A stretch of DNA of 64,000 nt, taken from assembly GCA_964016885.1 (NCBI GenBank), contig OZ024745.1, positions 42,408,001 to 42,472,000 of the forward strand. Direction: 5' to 3'. The DNA comes from Eledone cirrhosa (lineage: Eukaryota). The notes under the pieces were generated by a model, which was not told the origin of the DNA, ran no database searches, and saw only the letters and a list, made by a program, of their open reading frames with translations. This document shows positions 13,257-26,459 of this stretch, piece by piece (position 1 is the stretch's first letter; every line of letters begins with the position of its first letter). The position numbers and the translations under genes were made by a program.

Positions 13257-14450
13257 TACGAACTATACGCGGATATTTTACGTCTTGATGTGGTAGCTAA
13301 GTATATATTATGTTTATACCATTACTTGTTTGTATAGGTAAGCATATATTACCTGTATGTTTTGTCAGGGTACGTATACTTTCTTGTACGTATATTTGAT
13401 TGTATATGTTATGGCGTATATATTATATATTCTGGTACATATGCATTTCGTTATGTGTATACGCGAGTTTTGCGTCGGTGTGAGTATGCGGGTTTGTACG
13501 TATGTAGGGTGTGTGTATATGTGTACTTTGTGTTTAGGTTGACGTACGTCTCCAAACATATGTGTATTTACATGTAGGTATCTGTGTGCGTGCGTTATAT
13601 ATGTATTTATTTATTTATATACGTTTATTTAATTATATGTATACACGCACACACACACACATATATATATATATTTTTTTTTTTAATATAAATTTTTATA
13701 TGTTTTGGTGTATACATTCGTATGTGTGCGGGTACAGGCGTTGCGTGGGTTCTGTATGTGCGGGCGGGGTTTTTTTGTGTATGTGCTAGTATTTGTATAC
13801 CTATGGCGAGTGTTTTCGCGTATGCTTGTGTATGTACGTATATGGATGCGTGTATGTATTTATTTAATTTCTAGTACTTCTGTATTTTATTTACATTATT
13901 CTTAACTCTGAAGCTGAGAATCATTCGGTTTCCTAGTTAGAATTTTAGTCTACGACTTCAGTTATACCATTTACGTGGTTTTGTCTTTGCGTGCAATTGT
14001 TCTCTCCGCTCCATATAATGACGTATTATCTTCGTTTTTTCCGTTCATTGCCAGAGAACGTCTCCATGAACCACCTAATAGAATATTAGTCTACGACTTC
14101 TTTTATACCATAAACGCGGTTTTGTCTTTGCGTGTAATTGTTTTTCACCGCTCCAAATAATGACGTATTATCTTCCTTTTATCCCGTTCTTTGCCAGGGA
14201 ACGTTTCCACGAACCAAAGTATCGTCTTCCTGTCTTCCTCCGGTTGCAACGTTTTTTGAAATATTTACTTCTGCGTTCAGAGATTGACTTTTTTAGTTTC
14301 AGAAGATCCCGTTAAGGGTGAAAGCAGCGATTCTTTGCTTAAACTTTAATCTGTTATTTTAATAAATATTTGCTCTACAGTTCTTATATATTTGATATAT
14401 ATTTATCCTTATCGAGCCCTCTTTGGATTTTAGTCTTCAAATTTATTACT
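13257..14450 (+). mobile_element. 3' non-coding region (pLTR-like) of the Penelope-like element, ending in (TA)n
   Basis: Seen: follows the GIY-YIG ORF, contains a 141-bp tandem duplication (13938 and 14079), a hammerhead motif (14295-14345) and AATAAA (14361), then TATATA. Assignment to the same element is inference. Confidence 0.55.
14295..14345 (+). ncRNA. Type I hammerhead ribozyme motif with one core substitution (U4A)
   Basis: Seen: AGTTT-CAGAAGA-tCCCgttaaGGGt-GAAA-GCAGcgattctTTGC-TT-AAACT. All three stems pair. Confidence 0.7.
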
Positions 14451-14568
14451 ATATATATATATATATACACAAAGATCGGAATTAAGAGTATTCCGCAGTT
14501 CTCTGTAATAATAATAATAGTATTAGCTCAAAGAAGAATAGAGAATTTCCTCCTGAGCTCAAATGCAA

Positions 14569-15039
14569 ATATATATTACACAAAGAGAAGTGTGTTACAC
14601 AGTGAGATGTGTGTAAAGAATTATTACAAGTGAGTTTACCGTTACTGTATAGGGAACAATATCTACAGGTTTAGTAATTAAATAGAAAAAAACTAAGTCA
14701 GAGTCAAATCTCTGGATTAGAGTTTTAAAATACCAATCTTATAACTATAGTTTGCTGATACGAATCTCGCTTCGTTTCACCACATTATATGTGAAGTGTA
14801 TCAGGTCACAGGATCCTCAGTCAGCAAATGCGAACACTGAACACCACACATCTAACCTCATGGATAGAGAGATAGCTAATACACACGCTGCCCCGAGCAG
14901 GGCGAAATCACGTGTTATTTGCATCAAATAACAGCTCTCATTACTAAACCTGTAGATATTGTTCCCTATACAGTAACGGTAAACTCACTTGTAATAATTC
15001 TTTACACACATCTCACTGTGTAACACACTTCTCTTTGTG

Positions 15040-15049
<10 letters not shown>
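14569..15049. mobile_element. Inverted-repeat element: 110-bp arms around a 260-bp spacer carrying a hammerhead
   Basis: Seen: 14569-14678 is the reverse complement of 14940-15049, and the right end runs into (TA)n. Confidence 0.85.
14751..14828 (-). ncRNA. Type I hammerhead ribozyme, intact core
   Basis: Seen on minus strand: TTTGCTGA-CTGAGGA-[tcc...cacat ata atgtg gt]-GAAA-CGAAgcgagaTTCG-TA-TCAGCAAA. 8-bp stem I, GUA cleavage triplet. Confidence 0.88.
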
Positions 15050-15110
<61 letters not shown>

Positions 15111-15971
15111 ATATAGAAATGGCTTCTACTTCTTAGAAGAGAAATAAAGTCATTGGCAAAAACATGTTATTCCTGTTGCTGTCGATGATGCTACCTTAGA
15201 TGACTCATCAGACGCTGAAGTAATTTACCTATCATACCACACAATGTGCAGATAAGTTTCCCGCCTGCTTGAGTTTGATTGGCGTGGCATGCTTTCTGTG
15301 GCGCCGTGTTAGCCCACCTGCAGCGTAACACACTTTTGTACAAATGCTACATGAAATATGAAGGTGCATGGGGTACTCAAAGGTGTTGTTTCTATGAATA
15401 TGAGGTCTACTATAGCTTAGTAGCCCAGCCTTTCATATACATACACGTTCGGATCCCTTACAGGCAGGAGTCTCTTTCAAACCCTGTTCTCAGAGCCGAC
15501 TAATATGCCCCATACATACATACATACATACATACATACATACATACATACATACATACATACATACATACATACATACATACATAGATGGTGGCTGCCA
15601 ACTCGTTTTCGAGTACGGCCACTACTTTATATCCATGTAGGAGAACCCCTACCGATGCGCTGAACGAGTGTGACTTTTTAGTCCAGCCAGCGACTTGAAA
15701 ACTCTGGTACAAACACTACACTTGTGACAATTATTGACACATAGTGCTGGGCCCATGGTACCATGTGACGACAAGTGCAGAGAGATCTCCAGATATAAAG
15801 CAATGCCCGTGCGGTGAAGATTTTATAGTGAGCAAAGGCACTGCACAAAGCCAGTCCCACTCTCTTAACCAAGATGATATTTACCAAAAAGAAGAACAAG
15901 TCAACATCATTGGATACCATCAGGATTGCAGGTGTTATATCAGGGTTGCAGGTGTTATACATACATATAAT

Positions 15972-16009
<38 letters not shown>

Positions 16010-16017
16010 CACACACA

Positions 16018-16061
<44 letters not shown>

Positions 16062-16481
16062 ATATATTTATGGTGGAGATGGTAGTGGTGATGGTGATGG
16101 TGGTGGTGGCGTTGGTTGTGATGAACAAATCACATGCATGTACGACCATTTCTTAGAGATCAATGCCAATTCTCAAGTAGCAGCAACACAAGAAGATACC
16201 TTCGCGACCGAGCAGAGATTCGCATCTGCTACCGGTTATAGTAGGCCAACCCAGTGTGAAGGCCATCCATTTGAGTTAAAGTGCTGTGCTTCCGACAGGC
16301 TTTTCTGGCAGTTTCTGTTTACCCAATTCTACACTAATGAGACATGGGTCAACTCCAGACTATGATAAAAGAACCTTGCCAAAGATGCTACGCAATGGGA
16401 TCAAAATATAACAATAAGCGGTCACAATAAATCATAGTCAACCGGATGTTCACATTTATACATATATATATAGAGAGAGAG

Positions 16482-16585
<104 letters not shown>

Positions 16586-16692
16586 GTGCGTGTGTGCGTG
16601 TGTGCGTGTGTGCGTGTGTGTGCGTGTGTGTGTGTGTGTGTGTGCATGTGTGTGCGTGGCATGTGTGTGTATGTGTGTGTGTGCATGTGTCA

Positions 16693-16784
<92 letters not shown>

Positions 16785-17150
16785 GGGGGGGGGTGCTGCT
16801 TTAAAGGGTGAGAGGGTCTATATGTCTATTCAGATATTGAATGTATATCTGCGAAACATTTCAATGATAAGTTTGTATGTTAAAATCAAATGAACGCAGC
16901 TATACTAGAAGAATATTAAAATTCATACTCTAATAAGTTAGAAACTTTTCTAGATATGCTTATATTTCCCTATCTGTCATACATTTATCAGCCGAAAGCT
17001 GCAACACAAAATACAATTAATGCATCATTGCATTTATTGGTAGTCTTTAGAATATGATGTATGACTGAGGAAATACAGATATTCTCATTAAAATATTGTT
17101 GAGAGATTACTAAATATACATACAGACATACAAACGTATACAAACTCAAC

Positions 17151-17293
<143 letters not shown>

Positions 17294-17456
17294 ACACACA
17301 CACCTTATTATATACATCTAAACAAACGCACATATACGCACACACAGAATTATCTAGGTGTTCATCATGTACATTTTAAAAATGTCAATGTTATAGATTA
17401 ATCAATTTCGTGAATTTTTGTCACTTCATTCAGTGCCGAACCACACACACGCACAC

Positions 17457-17521
<65 letters not shown>

Positions 17522-17634
17522 GTACATATACATTCATATATTAGTTTTTAATATATATGATATGAATATGCATGTATATATAAATATTTCTGTATGCATA
17601 TGTATGCGCTTTTTTATATATATTGTTGTATTTG

Positions 17635-17707
<73 letters not shown>

Positions 17708-17965
17708 ATATATAAATAGCCATATTTGTATATATATATATATGAGTCTCTCTCTTACTCCCCCTCGCACACTGTATATGAACATATGTGAGTGTGTGTG
17801 CGCGCGTGTGAGTAAGTGTGCACACACATACAAAACATCGTAGAGTAATTAGATAATTTTTTAATATAGATGAATTAAACTTTTTCTTAAGACCAAAGTT
17901 ATTGTGGTTTTTTTTTTTATAATATACATTGAAATATCTTTTAATATACTTTCTGGGCACAGATA

Positions 17966-18069
<104 letters not shown>

Positions 18070-18070
18070 A

Positions 18071-18199
<129 letters not shown>

Positions 18200-18203
18200 A
18201 ATG

Positions 18204-18238
<35 letters not shown>

Positions 18239-18291
18239 TTATATATATGTATATATATATATATATGTATATATATGTATATATATATATG

Positions 18292-18406
<115 letters not shown>

Positions 18407-18427
18407 CTTTATTAGCCACATAGATAA

Positions 18428-18510
<83 letters not shown>

Positions 18511-18742
18511 TTCAATTGGTAGTTTTTTATCCTTCATAATTATTTTTTAAACCCATTTTTTCCTTCCAGCTTTAGCGGCGTAAACTTTAATGTTGAAAAT
18601 ATTACGTTTGCAGCTTAGTAGAATTAATTCCATTCCAGCTCAATGCCTACATGCATATCTCGATTCGTGAGTCATCTATGAATTATTGTCAAATGTACTG
18701 CTTCGAAGACATACGGTTAAATATGATAACTGCATACATATA

Positions 18743-18842
<100 letters not shown>

Positions 18843-18888
18843 AATTAGTTTTGCGAGGTTTTTGATATGAAATCGTGTGTCGAAACAA

Positions 18889-19461
18889 ATATTGTTATAC
18901 TTGAGGAGGGTCATGTTTGTGTAATATTGCCAGAATTAAGAAACACACTCACTGTATGGTTGGTTTTCGTTTTTCGCTTCTGTGTCTTTTATATCGGTTA
19001 ATTTAATTTATTCGGTCCTCAATGTTGCCATTGACTGACCAACGGTCAAAAATACAGATACAATATAGACACAAACACATATATATAGTCTATCAAAGTT
19101 CTTTCGTTGCACATCTGCAACATCGTCAGTGGTGCTATTGTTTCCTCCCGTTGCATTGTATTTTCTACGCCATCTATATTTTTAGAAAATACAATGCAAC
19201 GGGAGGAAACAATAGCACCACTGACGATGTTGCAGATGTGCAACGAAAGAACTTTGATAGACTATATATATGTGTTTGTGTCTATATTGTATCTGTATTT
19301 TTGACCGTTGGTCAGTCAATGGCAACATTGAGGACCGAATAAATTAAATTAACCGATATAAAAGACACAGAAGCGAAAAGCGAAAACCAACCAAACAGTG
19401 AGTGTGTTTCTTAATTCTGGCAATATTACACAAATATGACCCTCCCCAAGTATAACAATAT
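18889..19461. mobile_element. Long palindrome, about 280-bp arms with a 15-bp spacer, a decayed minimal hammerhead in each arm
   Basis: Seen: 18889-19167 mirrors 19183-19461. Plus strand 19216-19259 reads CACCA-CTGACGA-tGTTGCAgatgTGCAAC-GAAA-GAAC-TT-TGATA (stem I poorly paired), mirrored at 19091-19134. Confidence 0.85.
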
Positions 19462-19531
19462 ATATATATATATTTCGTTTTTGAATCTTTTTCAGGATTT
19501 CTTATCTGAAAACGTGTGTTGAAAGAGATAA

Positions 19532-19774
19532 TGTTATACTTTGGGAGGGTCATGCTACCAATAAAAATACACGCACATGTTGATTTTTCACTTCAATTCA
19601 TTATAAATTTCCGGTTGGTTGGCTGGTTGGCTGGTTCGATAACCGGATGGTAGTTTATATATTGTCAAAGCTCTTTTGTCACAACCAACCAACCGGAAAT
19701 TTAGAATATATTGAAGTGAAAACAAACAAGTGAGTGTGTTTTTCTTGACAGCATGACCCTCCCAAAGTATAACA
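19532..19774. mobile_element. Second, diverged inverted-repeat element of the same family as 18889-19461
   Basis: Seen: arms of about 90 bp with the same termini TGTTATACTT(T)GGGAGGGTCATG / CATGACCCTCCCAAAGTATAACA. The spacer on the minus strand has AAAGAGCTTTGAC, matching the hammerhead 3' half of the neighbouring element. Confidence 0.75.
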
Positions 19775-19837
19775 GTATATATGTAATAAATGTATTTTTT
19801 GCATATCTCAAAGTGCTTCTTATTAACTATACTACTT

Positions 19838-19885
<48 letters not shown>

Positions 19886-19889
<4 letters not shown>

Positions 19890-20289
19890 CTTGACACCTT
19901 GACCGACCAGTCTGTCGGGCGCCATTCGGCGCCGCTGGTCACAGCACGTGTTGTTTTAGCCATACGATGACGCCATCCCACTGGCAGACCGGGCAGGCCG
20001 TAAGTCTAAACTCTGCCTTAAGCCAGAAGGCTCATTTGGCCGGTGCTTATCCCGGTTTTATGGCGTGAAGCGACTGAGGGTACAAGACTCCTCCCTAGAC
20101 AGGACGCCAGTCCATCGCAGGGTTAAACCTCAAGCTATTGCTGGTACTCATTTTCAGCTGAGTAAACTGGAGCAACGTGAAATAAAATGTCTTGCTCAAG
20201 GAAACAACACATCACCCGGTCCGAGAATTGAGCCCACAACCTTTCGATTGCAAGCTTACTGCTCTAACCACTAAGCCATGCGCCTTCAC
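19886..20289 (-). mobile_element. tRNA-derived CORE-type SINE, near full length
   Basis: Seen on minus strand: GTGAAGGCGCATGGCTTAGTGGTTAGAGC (A box), GGGCTCAATTCTC (decayed B box), GTTTCCTTGAGCAAGACA (CORE-like domain), tail TCAAGGTG repeats into (TA)n. Confidence 0.8.
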
Positions 20290-20298
20290 TTTTTTTGT

Positions 20299-20416
20299 GC
20301 TTACGGCACCCAGGGTTCCCAAGCGGTTTTCCATCTAAGTACTAACTAGGCTCGACGTTGCTTAACTTCGGTGATCGGACGAGAACCGGTGTTTTCAGCG
20401 TGATATGGCCGTAAAC
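20299..20416 (-). rRNA. 5S_rRNA: Full-length 5S rRNA copy, probably a retro-pseudogene
   Basis: Seen on minus strand: GTTTACGGCCATATCACGCTGAAAACACCGGTTCTCGTCCGATCACCGAAGTTAAGCAACGTCGAGCCTAGTTAGTACTTAGATGGAAAACCGCTTGGGAACCCTGGGTGCCGTAAGC (118 nt). Box C region is altered, and the copy is followed by ACAAAAAAA instead of an oligo-T terminator. Confidence 0.93.
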
Positions 20417-20477
20417 GTATATATATATATATATATATATATGCATGTGTGTGTGTGTGTGTCTGTGTGTGTGTGTA

Positions 20478-20575
20478 CTAGCCGTTGTACCCGACGCTGC
20501 TCGGGTGAAAAGATGACTCAGTTGGACAATTTCTTGGAATATGATAAATGCAACTCTGTATAAATAAATATCCTT
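20478..20575 (-). mobile_element. Helitron-like 3' terminus
   Basis: Seen: ACTAG...CCCGACGCTGCTCGGG, the reverse of hairpin plus CTAG-T. A similar sequence is at 50740-50810. Full extent not determined. Confidence 0.55.
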
Positions 20576-20656
20576 TATATCGTCTTTATTCAATGATCGT
20601 GAGTGATGGGTGTGTGTGTGTTTGGTGTGTGTGTCTGTGTATGTGTGTGTGTGTGA

Positions 20657-20688
<32 letters not shown>

Positions 20689-20696
20689 GTGAGTGA

Positions 20697-20811
<115 letters not shown>

Positions 20812-21609
20812 GCGTGTGTGTCTGTGACCATATCTATGCTCTTTCATTTCCCTGTAACGTATTATTTCAGCAAAATAAGTAATAGATTGAAATAAATCCT
20901 GGAGCCAATATGATCACCCAAACTCTTTTACACTCCAGTACCTCATTCTGGTCTCATTATGGAAACCAAATCAGTAAAAGATCTGATTCGTTTTTATTGT
21001 TGTTTGTTTGTTTTGTTCGTTGTCACCACACTTCACCATTCTTCAGAACTAGAAAATACTGCAACCTATCCAATAACTTCTGACCCCTTACAAAGCTCAA
21101 CTAAGACCCCCAATGGATTAGTGCTCACACATCTAGAACAATGCTTTACTCATACGTACAAACGCCCTAGACCACATCCGGAGATAACATAAGTGTGATT
21201 AACATAACCTCATGGCTCTACACACATCAGCCTCCGACCCACAATTGTCTCTGCTCCTTGTAACTCACTGATCTCCTGTTTTGTTCTCTCAGACACTCCC
21301 ACCGAACTCGTCTCTCATCACCCATATTGTCAAAACTCCCAGGCACTGCAATAGCCATAACTTACACTCATTTCTTGTTAAATCTCAGCTTTCTGCTGTT
21401 CTTTCACTGCATATGTTTTTTTTTTCAAGCAAGATTCGATATGCAACAATTTCAAATATCAACAGCAGCAATTTATCACTCCCGAAGGGCCTACAATGAT
21501 CAGTGGCACAATCCATCCCTCCAAACCTTCAACAAAAAAGACAAACATCGCTAATAGAAAGTGAAATTAAAACAATGTGTATATATACGTGTACGTAAGG
21601 ATACAAATA

Positions 21610-22470
21610 TAAGTTTTTATATTCATTTAATTTATTGATTTATTGATATTTTATTTGAGTTAACCCGAATCTTCCTGGTCGTTCTTTCGGCTGTTGGGTG
21701 ATTTTAGACATGATCTCTATGTGTTAGCATTTTAACGATAGTTATAGCTCTGATTTACCCAAATTATTGAGCCCTCTGCTACGCATATCGGATTTGTTTA
21801 TCGTAAATTCATAAGCTGACTTTCCGATTCTCGATTATTCTACTATATTTAGCTCTAGATGCTAGCCATTGACCAGTTAATTTTATTTGTTCTATGTCGA
21901 TCTTATTGACTGATGAATGGCTCTTGTTTATTTTAACACGTCCATCGAGCACTCTGATTCGATATGTGATATTTTGTATTTTTACGAGATTTACACAATA
22001 CCGAAGATTTTTTCGCTAATGTGGAGGTTATCTCCCTTGCTGAAAACCATGTGCGTATTTAGCTACGGGGTTCCTTCTCATTATCGGACGGATTTCCCGT
22101 TGAAGAAGCTTTTCCACCGTTCTCCCTTCTCTAGAAGTTTCATATATATTTTTTATATGGGCTGATAGTGATCGGAGTAAGGAATTGCAGAAACCCATGG
22201 AGCTGGATTTAACATCTTTCTAGCGGGTCCGGGTAAGTTTTTATATTCATTTAATTTATTGATTTATTGATATTTTATTTGAGTTAACCCGAATCTTCCT
22301 GGTCGTTCTTTCGGCTGTTGGGTGATTTTAGACATAATCTCTATGTGTTAGCATTTTAACGATAGTTATAGCTCTGATTTACCCAAATTATTGAGCCCTC
22401 TGCTACGCATATCGGATTTGTTTATCGTAAATTCATAAGCTGACTTTCCGATTCCCGATTATTCTACTAT
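21610..22470 (+). mobile_element. Partial tandem (1.4-mer) of a 624-bp hammerhead-containing unit, ending in (TA)n
   Basis: Seen: about 238-bp near-identical direct repeats at 21610 and 22234 (offset 624), with a hammerhead ending immediately before the second repeat. Confidence 0.85.
22096..22233 (+). ncRNA. Extended type I hammerhead ribozyme (C3U variant, long stem II)
   Basis: Seen: CCCG-TTGAAGA-aGCttTTCC...GGAAttGCa-GAAA-CCCatggaGCTGGA...TCTAGC-GGG-TC-CGGG. Predicted cleavage after C22229. Confidence 0.7.
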
Positions 22471-22574
22471 ATATATATATATATATAAGCAAAGGGATAT
22501 TTAATTTGTTGGTAATTCAAATTCAACAAATATATTTATAACAGATTCGAAGCACTCGACAATGTTTTCTGGAG

Positions 22575-23790
<1,216 letters not shown>

Positions 23791-23907
23791 TTTTTTTTTC
23801 TGTACTTTTAAATGTGCTTCCTGGATTGTGAATGAGTATTTTAGAACAATTTTGTCAGATTGTGGCGCTCCTCTGATACACTGACAAAATGTGATGTGCA
23901 GCCATTA

Positions 23908-24050
23908 TCGGTAGAGGGTCGGACGCCATACTTTGGCGCATAGAGTTACGGCCCTTTCTATTCTGAGTTCAGATCCCGGGGTCGATAAAATAAAGTACCA
24001 GTAATGCACTGGGTAATTGCTTGCCTTGTGCCAAAAGTAGAAACAATTAT
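23908..24050 (+). mobile_element. Main SINE family, internally deleted copy
   Basis: Seen: ATCGGTAGAGGGTCGGACGCC...GAGTTCAGATCC-CGGGGTCGATAAAATAAAGTACCAGT...AGTAGAAACAATTAT. Confidence 0.8.
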
Positions 24051-24429
24051 CATATAATCTATATCTTATGTTATTTGAAACTTTTTTTCTTTTTCGAAAC
24101 GAATGGCGATGTATGAGTGAACCCTTTCTTTACCATTTACCATATTTCTAATGAAAGTCATTAACTATGGTTACCAAACAATTTTGAAAGTACTGAAATA
24201 CTGCAAGAGATTTGGTCATATATTTAATTTCTCGGTATTATACAAAGATCCTTACGCTGAATTATGATGGAAAATTTCTAGATAAATACTAGACCACCTG
24301 TGAAGGTCACGTTTCCTTAAAAATATATTTTTTTAAATCATGTTCACTTAAAAATAATTTTCAAATAATTAAAATATACACAGATAATTATATAATGTAA
24401 AATGAAATTGGAAATGCGATATATATATA

Positions 24430-24468
<39 letters not shown>

Positions 24469-25385
24469 AGGTGTCTATGACCTGTATACACTGGTCATAG
24501 ACACACATACACACACATATATATATATACACACAGAGACACACACCCACACATATATACACCCACACATATACACACAAACTTAGAAACATTTCCTATT
24601 TAGCAGGTTCTTGCCGTGTTCCTTCTCTGTCTCTTTCTCTCTCTCTCTCTATCTATCTATCTTTCTCTCTCTCTCTCTATCTATCTTTCTCTCTCTCTGT
24701 CTATCTCTCTCTCTATATATATATATTTATGAAGGTACCCGGAAAAACCTCGTATCTCGGGAACCCGTGCTCAGATTTACGCGAAACATGTTTTATTCTA
24801 TTCGTATTCCCATTTCAGGGGTAACTTTCTTTAAATGTATTTCCCATTATGCGCCGTTTTGGATGTATTAAATTACAGACAAGCACACAATAACAGAGTT
24901 TTAATACTATATAGATAAACATTATAATACAAACAGTTCTGTATCATAAGAACCTCGGGTGTTTCGGAGAGTTTGATATAAAAAAAGTGTTGAAAAGTTG
25001 ACTGCAGGAATGAAGAACAAAAAAGTATAATTTTTGTTCGCTTTGGAAATATTATACACAAAGAAACAAAATGAAGGCTGATGTATATAAAAATATAACT
25101 CACGGCCAAAATGTGTTTTCACCGAATGTTTAGATTTTGAAAGTTTTGCATTTTTATCTTTTAATATAAATTTTCAACTTATTTAATCCATTTTTTTTCT
25201 TTTTAATATCATGACTTCTAAATTTCTATTTTACCGAATATAGGTTGGTGTATTTTTTTCTTTTGTGAATTTTATAACATATTTTCTTTAATTGATTTTA
25301 TTTGTTAAGATTGTGCGAAAAATGTCGTACTGTATAAGGGCTGAACATATATTTCTAGATAATGTATTATTATTATATTATTGTT

Positions 25386-25575
25386 GGCGGTGGGATTGGC
25401 AGTATCGGTAGAGAGTCGGACGCCATGCTTTCCAGCATAGTTACGTCCCTTTACGGTCTGAGTTCAAATCCCGCCGAGGTTAACTTTGCCTTTCATCCTT
25501 ACGGGGTCGATAAAATAAAGTACCAGTAATGTACTGGGTAATTGCTGGCCTTGTGCCAAAAGTAGAAACAATTAT
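25386..25575 (+). mobile_element. Reference copy of the dominant tRNA-derived SINE (central domain resembles the MetaSINE domain)
   Basis: Seen: A box TGGCAGTATCGG, B box GAGTTCAAATCC, central GCCTTTCATCCTTACGGGGTCGATAAAATAAAGTACCAGT, (ATT)n tail. About 20 copies in the window. Domain name is from recall and unverified. Confidence 0.9.
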
Positions 25576-25598
25576 TTAGTATCTAAGTGTTGACTGGT

Positions 25599-25988
25599 AG
25601 GGGATCAAGAAAATGAATTTTTTTATGTGCATAATATGCCTTCAAATTTCGGGAAAATCGGCTAGACGTAACGCCTGCAAAAAGCCCTAAGAAGAAGTGA
25701 CGTAATGCAGACAGCCAGACATACAGACAGATATTATAAGGGCGCGACATTATATGTATGTATCTATCTAAAAAGAGAAAGACTAAGAATTATAGAGCGA
25801 GATCGCTAAATCGCCTAATGTGGTCCCTGGGGCGTAGAAAATTTGAAATTTTCTTTGCTCAGAACACTACCTGAAACATAAGTATTACATGTGTAAAGTT
25901 TGAAAACAGTCGGTTGGGTGGTTCTCGAGTTTCAGGGATTCGAACTCACACACACACAGACAGACATCCTCAGTTTTATATATATAGA
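25599..25988 (-). mobile_element. Helitron-like non-autonomous element, internally deleted copy of 29324-30227
   Basis: Seen: reverse complement of 29324-29610 joined to about 29960-30050. 5' end is TCTATATATATAAAACTGAGGATG. Confidence 0.8.
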
Positions 25989-26097
25989 TTATTGTTTCTT
26001 CGCTCAGCTTCTACCGCTGGAAATGTATTACAGTTCACTACCAGTTCACTACCAGCTGTTCACTACAAGTGAACTGAGGTAACACCACTTATTTTTT

Positions 26098-26170
26098 TAG
26101 TACCCTCTGGAGTATTTGAGCTGTTCCAAGCAATGCTGCCTTTTGTAAGTGTCCATCCATATTGTAATCT
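26098..26170 (-). pseudogene. R4/Dong-clade LINE extreme C-terminus fragment
   Basis: Seen: minus-strand translation HLQKAALLGTAQILQRVL, typical of the end of R4/Dong ORFs. Confidence 0.6.
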
Positions 26171-26459
26171 CTATTATTATTATTATTGGTATCTTAAATT
26201 GTTGCCACGTATAATTTTACTCCGTAAGTTTTGTTGATTTTCATTTGTTTGCATAACGTTCATCGTTAAAATTCTTATCTTATGACAAACTGATAATAGG
26301 GTACTGTACTTTTTCCACAGAAAAGGCGACCGCATGATGTTTGGGCTTTTGGCCCAAATATTTCAACTTTTTTTCTTTATTTTCACGCCTACAAGCGTTT
26401 AAAAATGGAAGCGACATGCCCCGCCTCTTCTAGCCAGCTATCACGTATCACAGTTGGGA

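Noticed and set aside
15170-15220. CTGATGA-GTC...GAC on the minus strand
   Set aside because: No GAAA, stem III or stem I partner.
15240-15960. Possible LINE 5' region (also 41148-41455)
   Set aside because: Looks repeat-derived, but no diagnostic protein or RNA motif could be read.
21747-21775. GCTCTGA...TGAG hairpin as a SECIS element
   Set aside because: The UGA is absent in three of the motif instances (12589, 14372, 40158) and no SECIS apical stem is evident.
21904-21964. Second hammerhead in the 624-nt unit (TATTGA-CTGATGA-ATGG...CCAT-CGAGC...TCGATA)
   Set aside because: Stems I and II are plausible but GAAA and the UH site are missing. Too degenerate to call.
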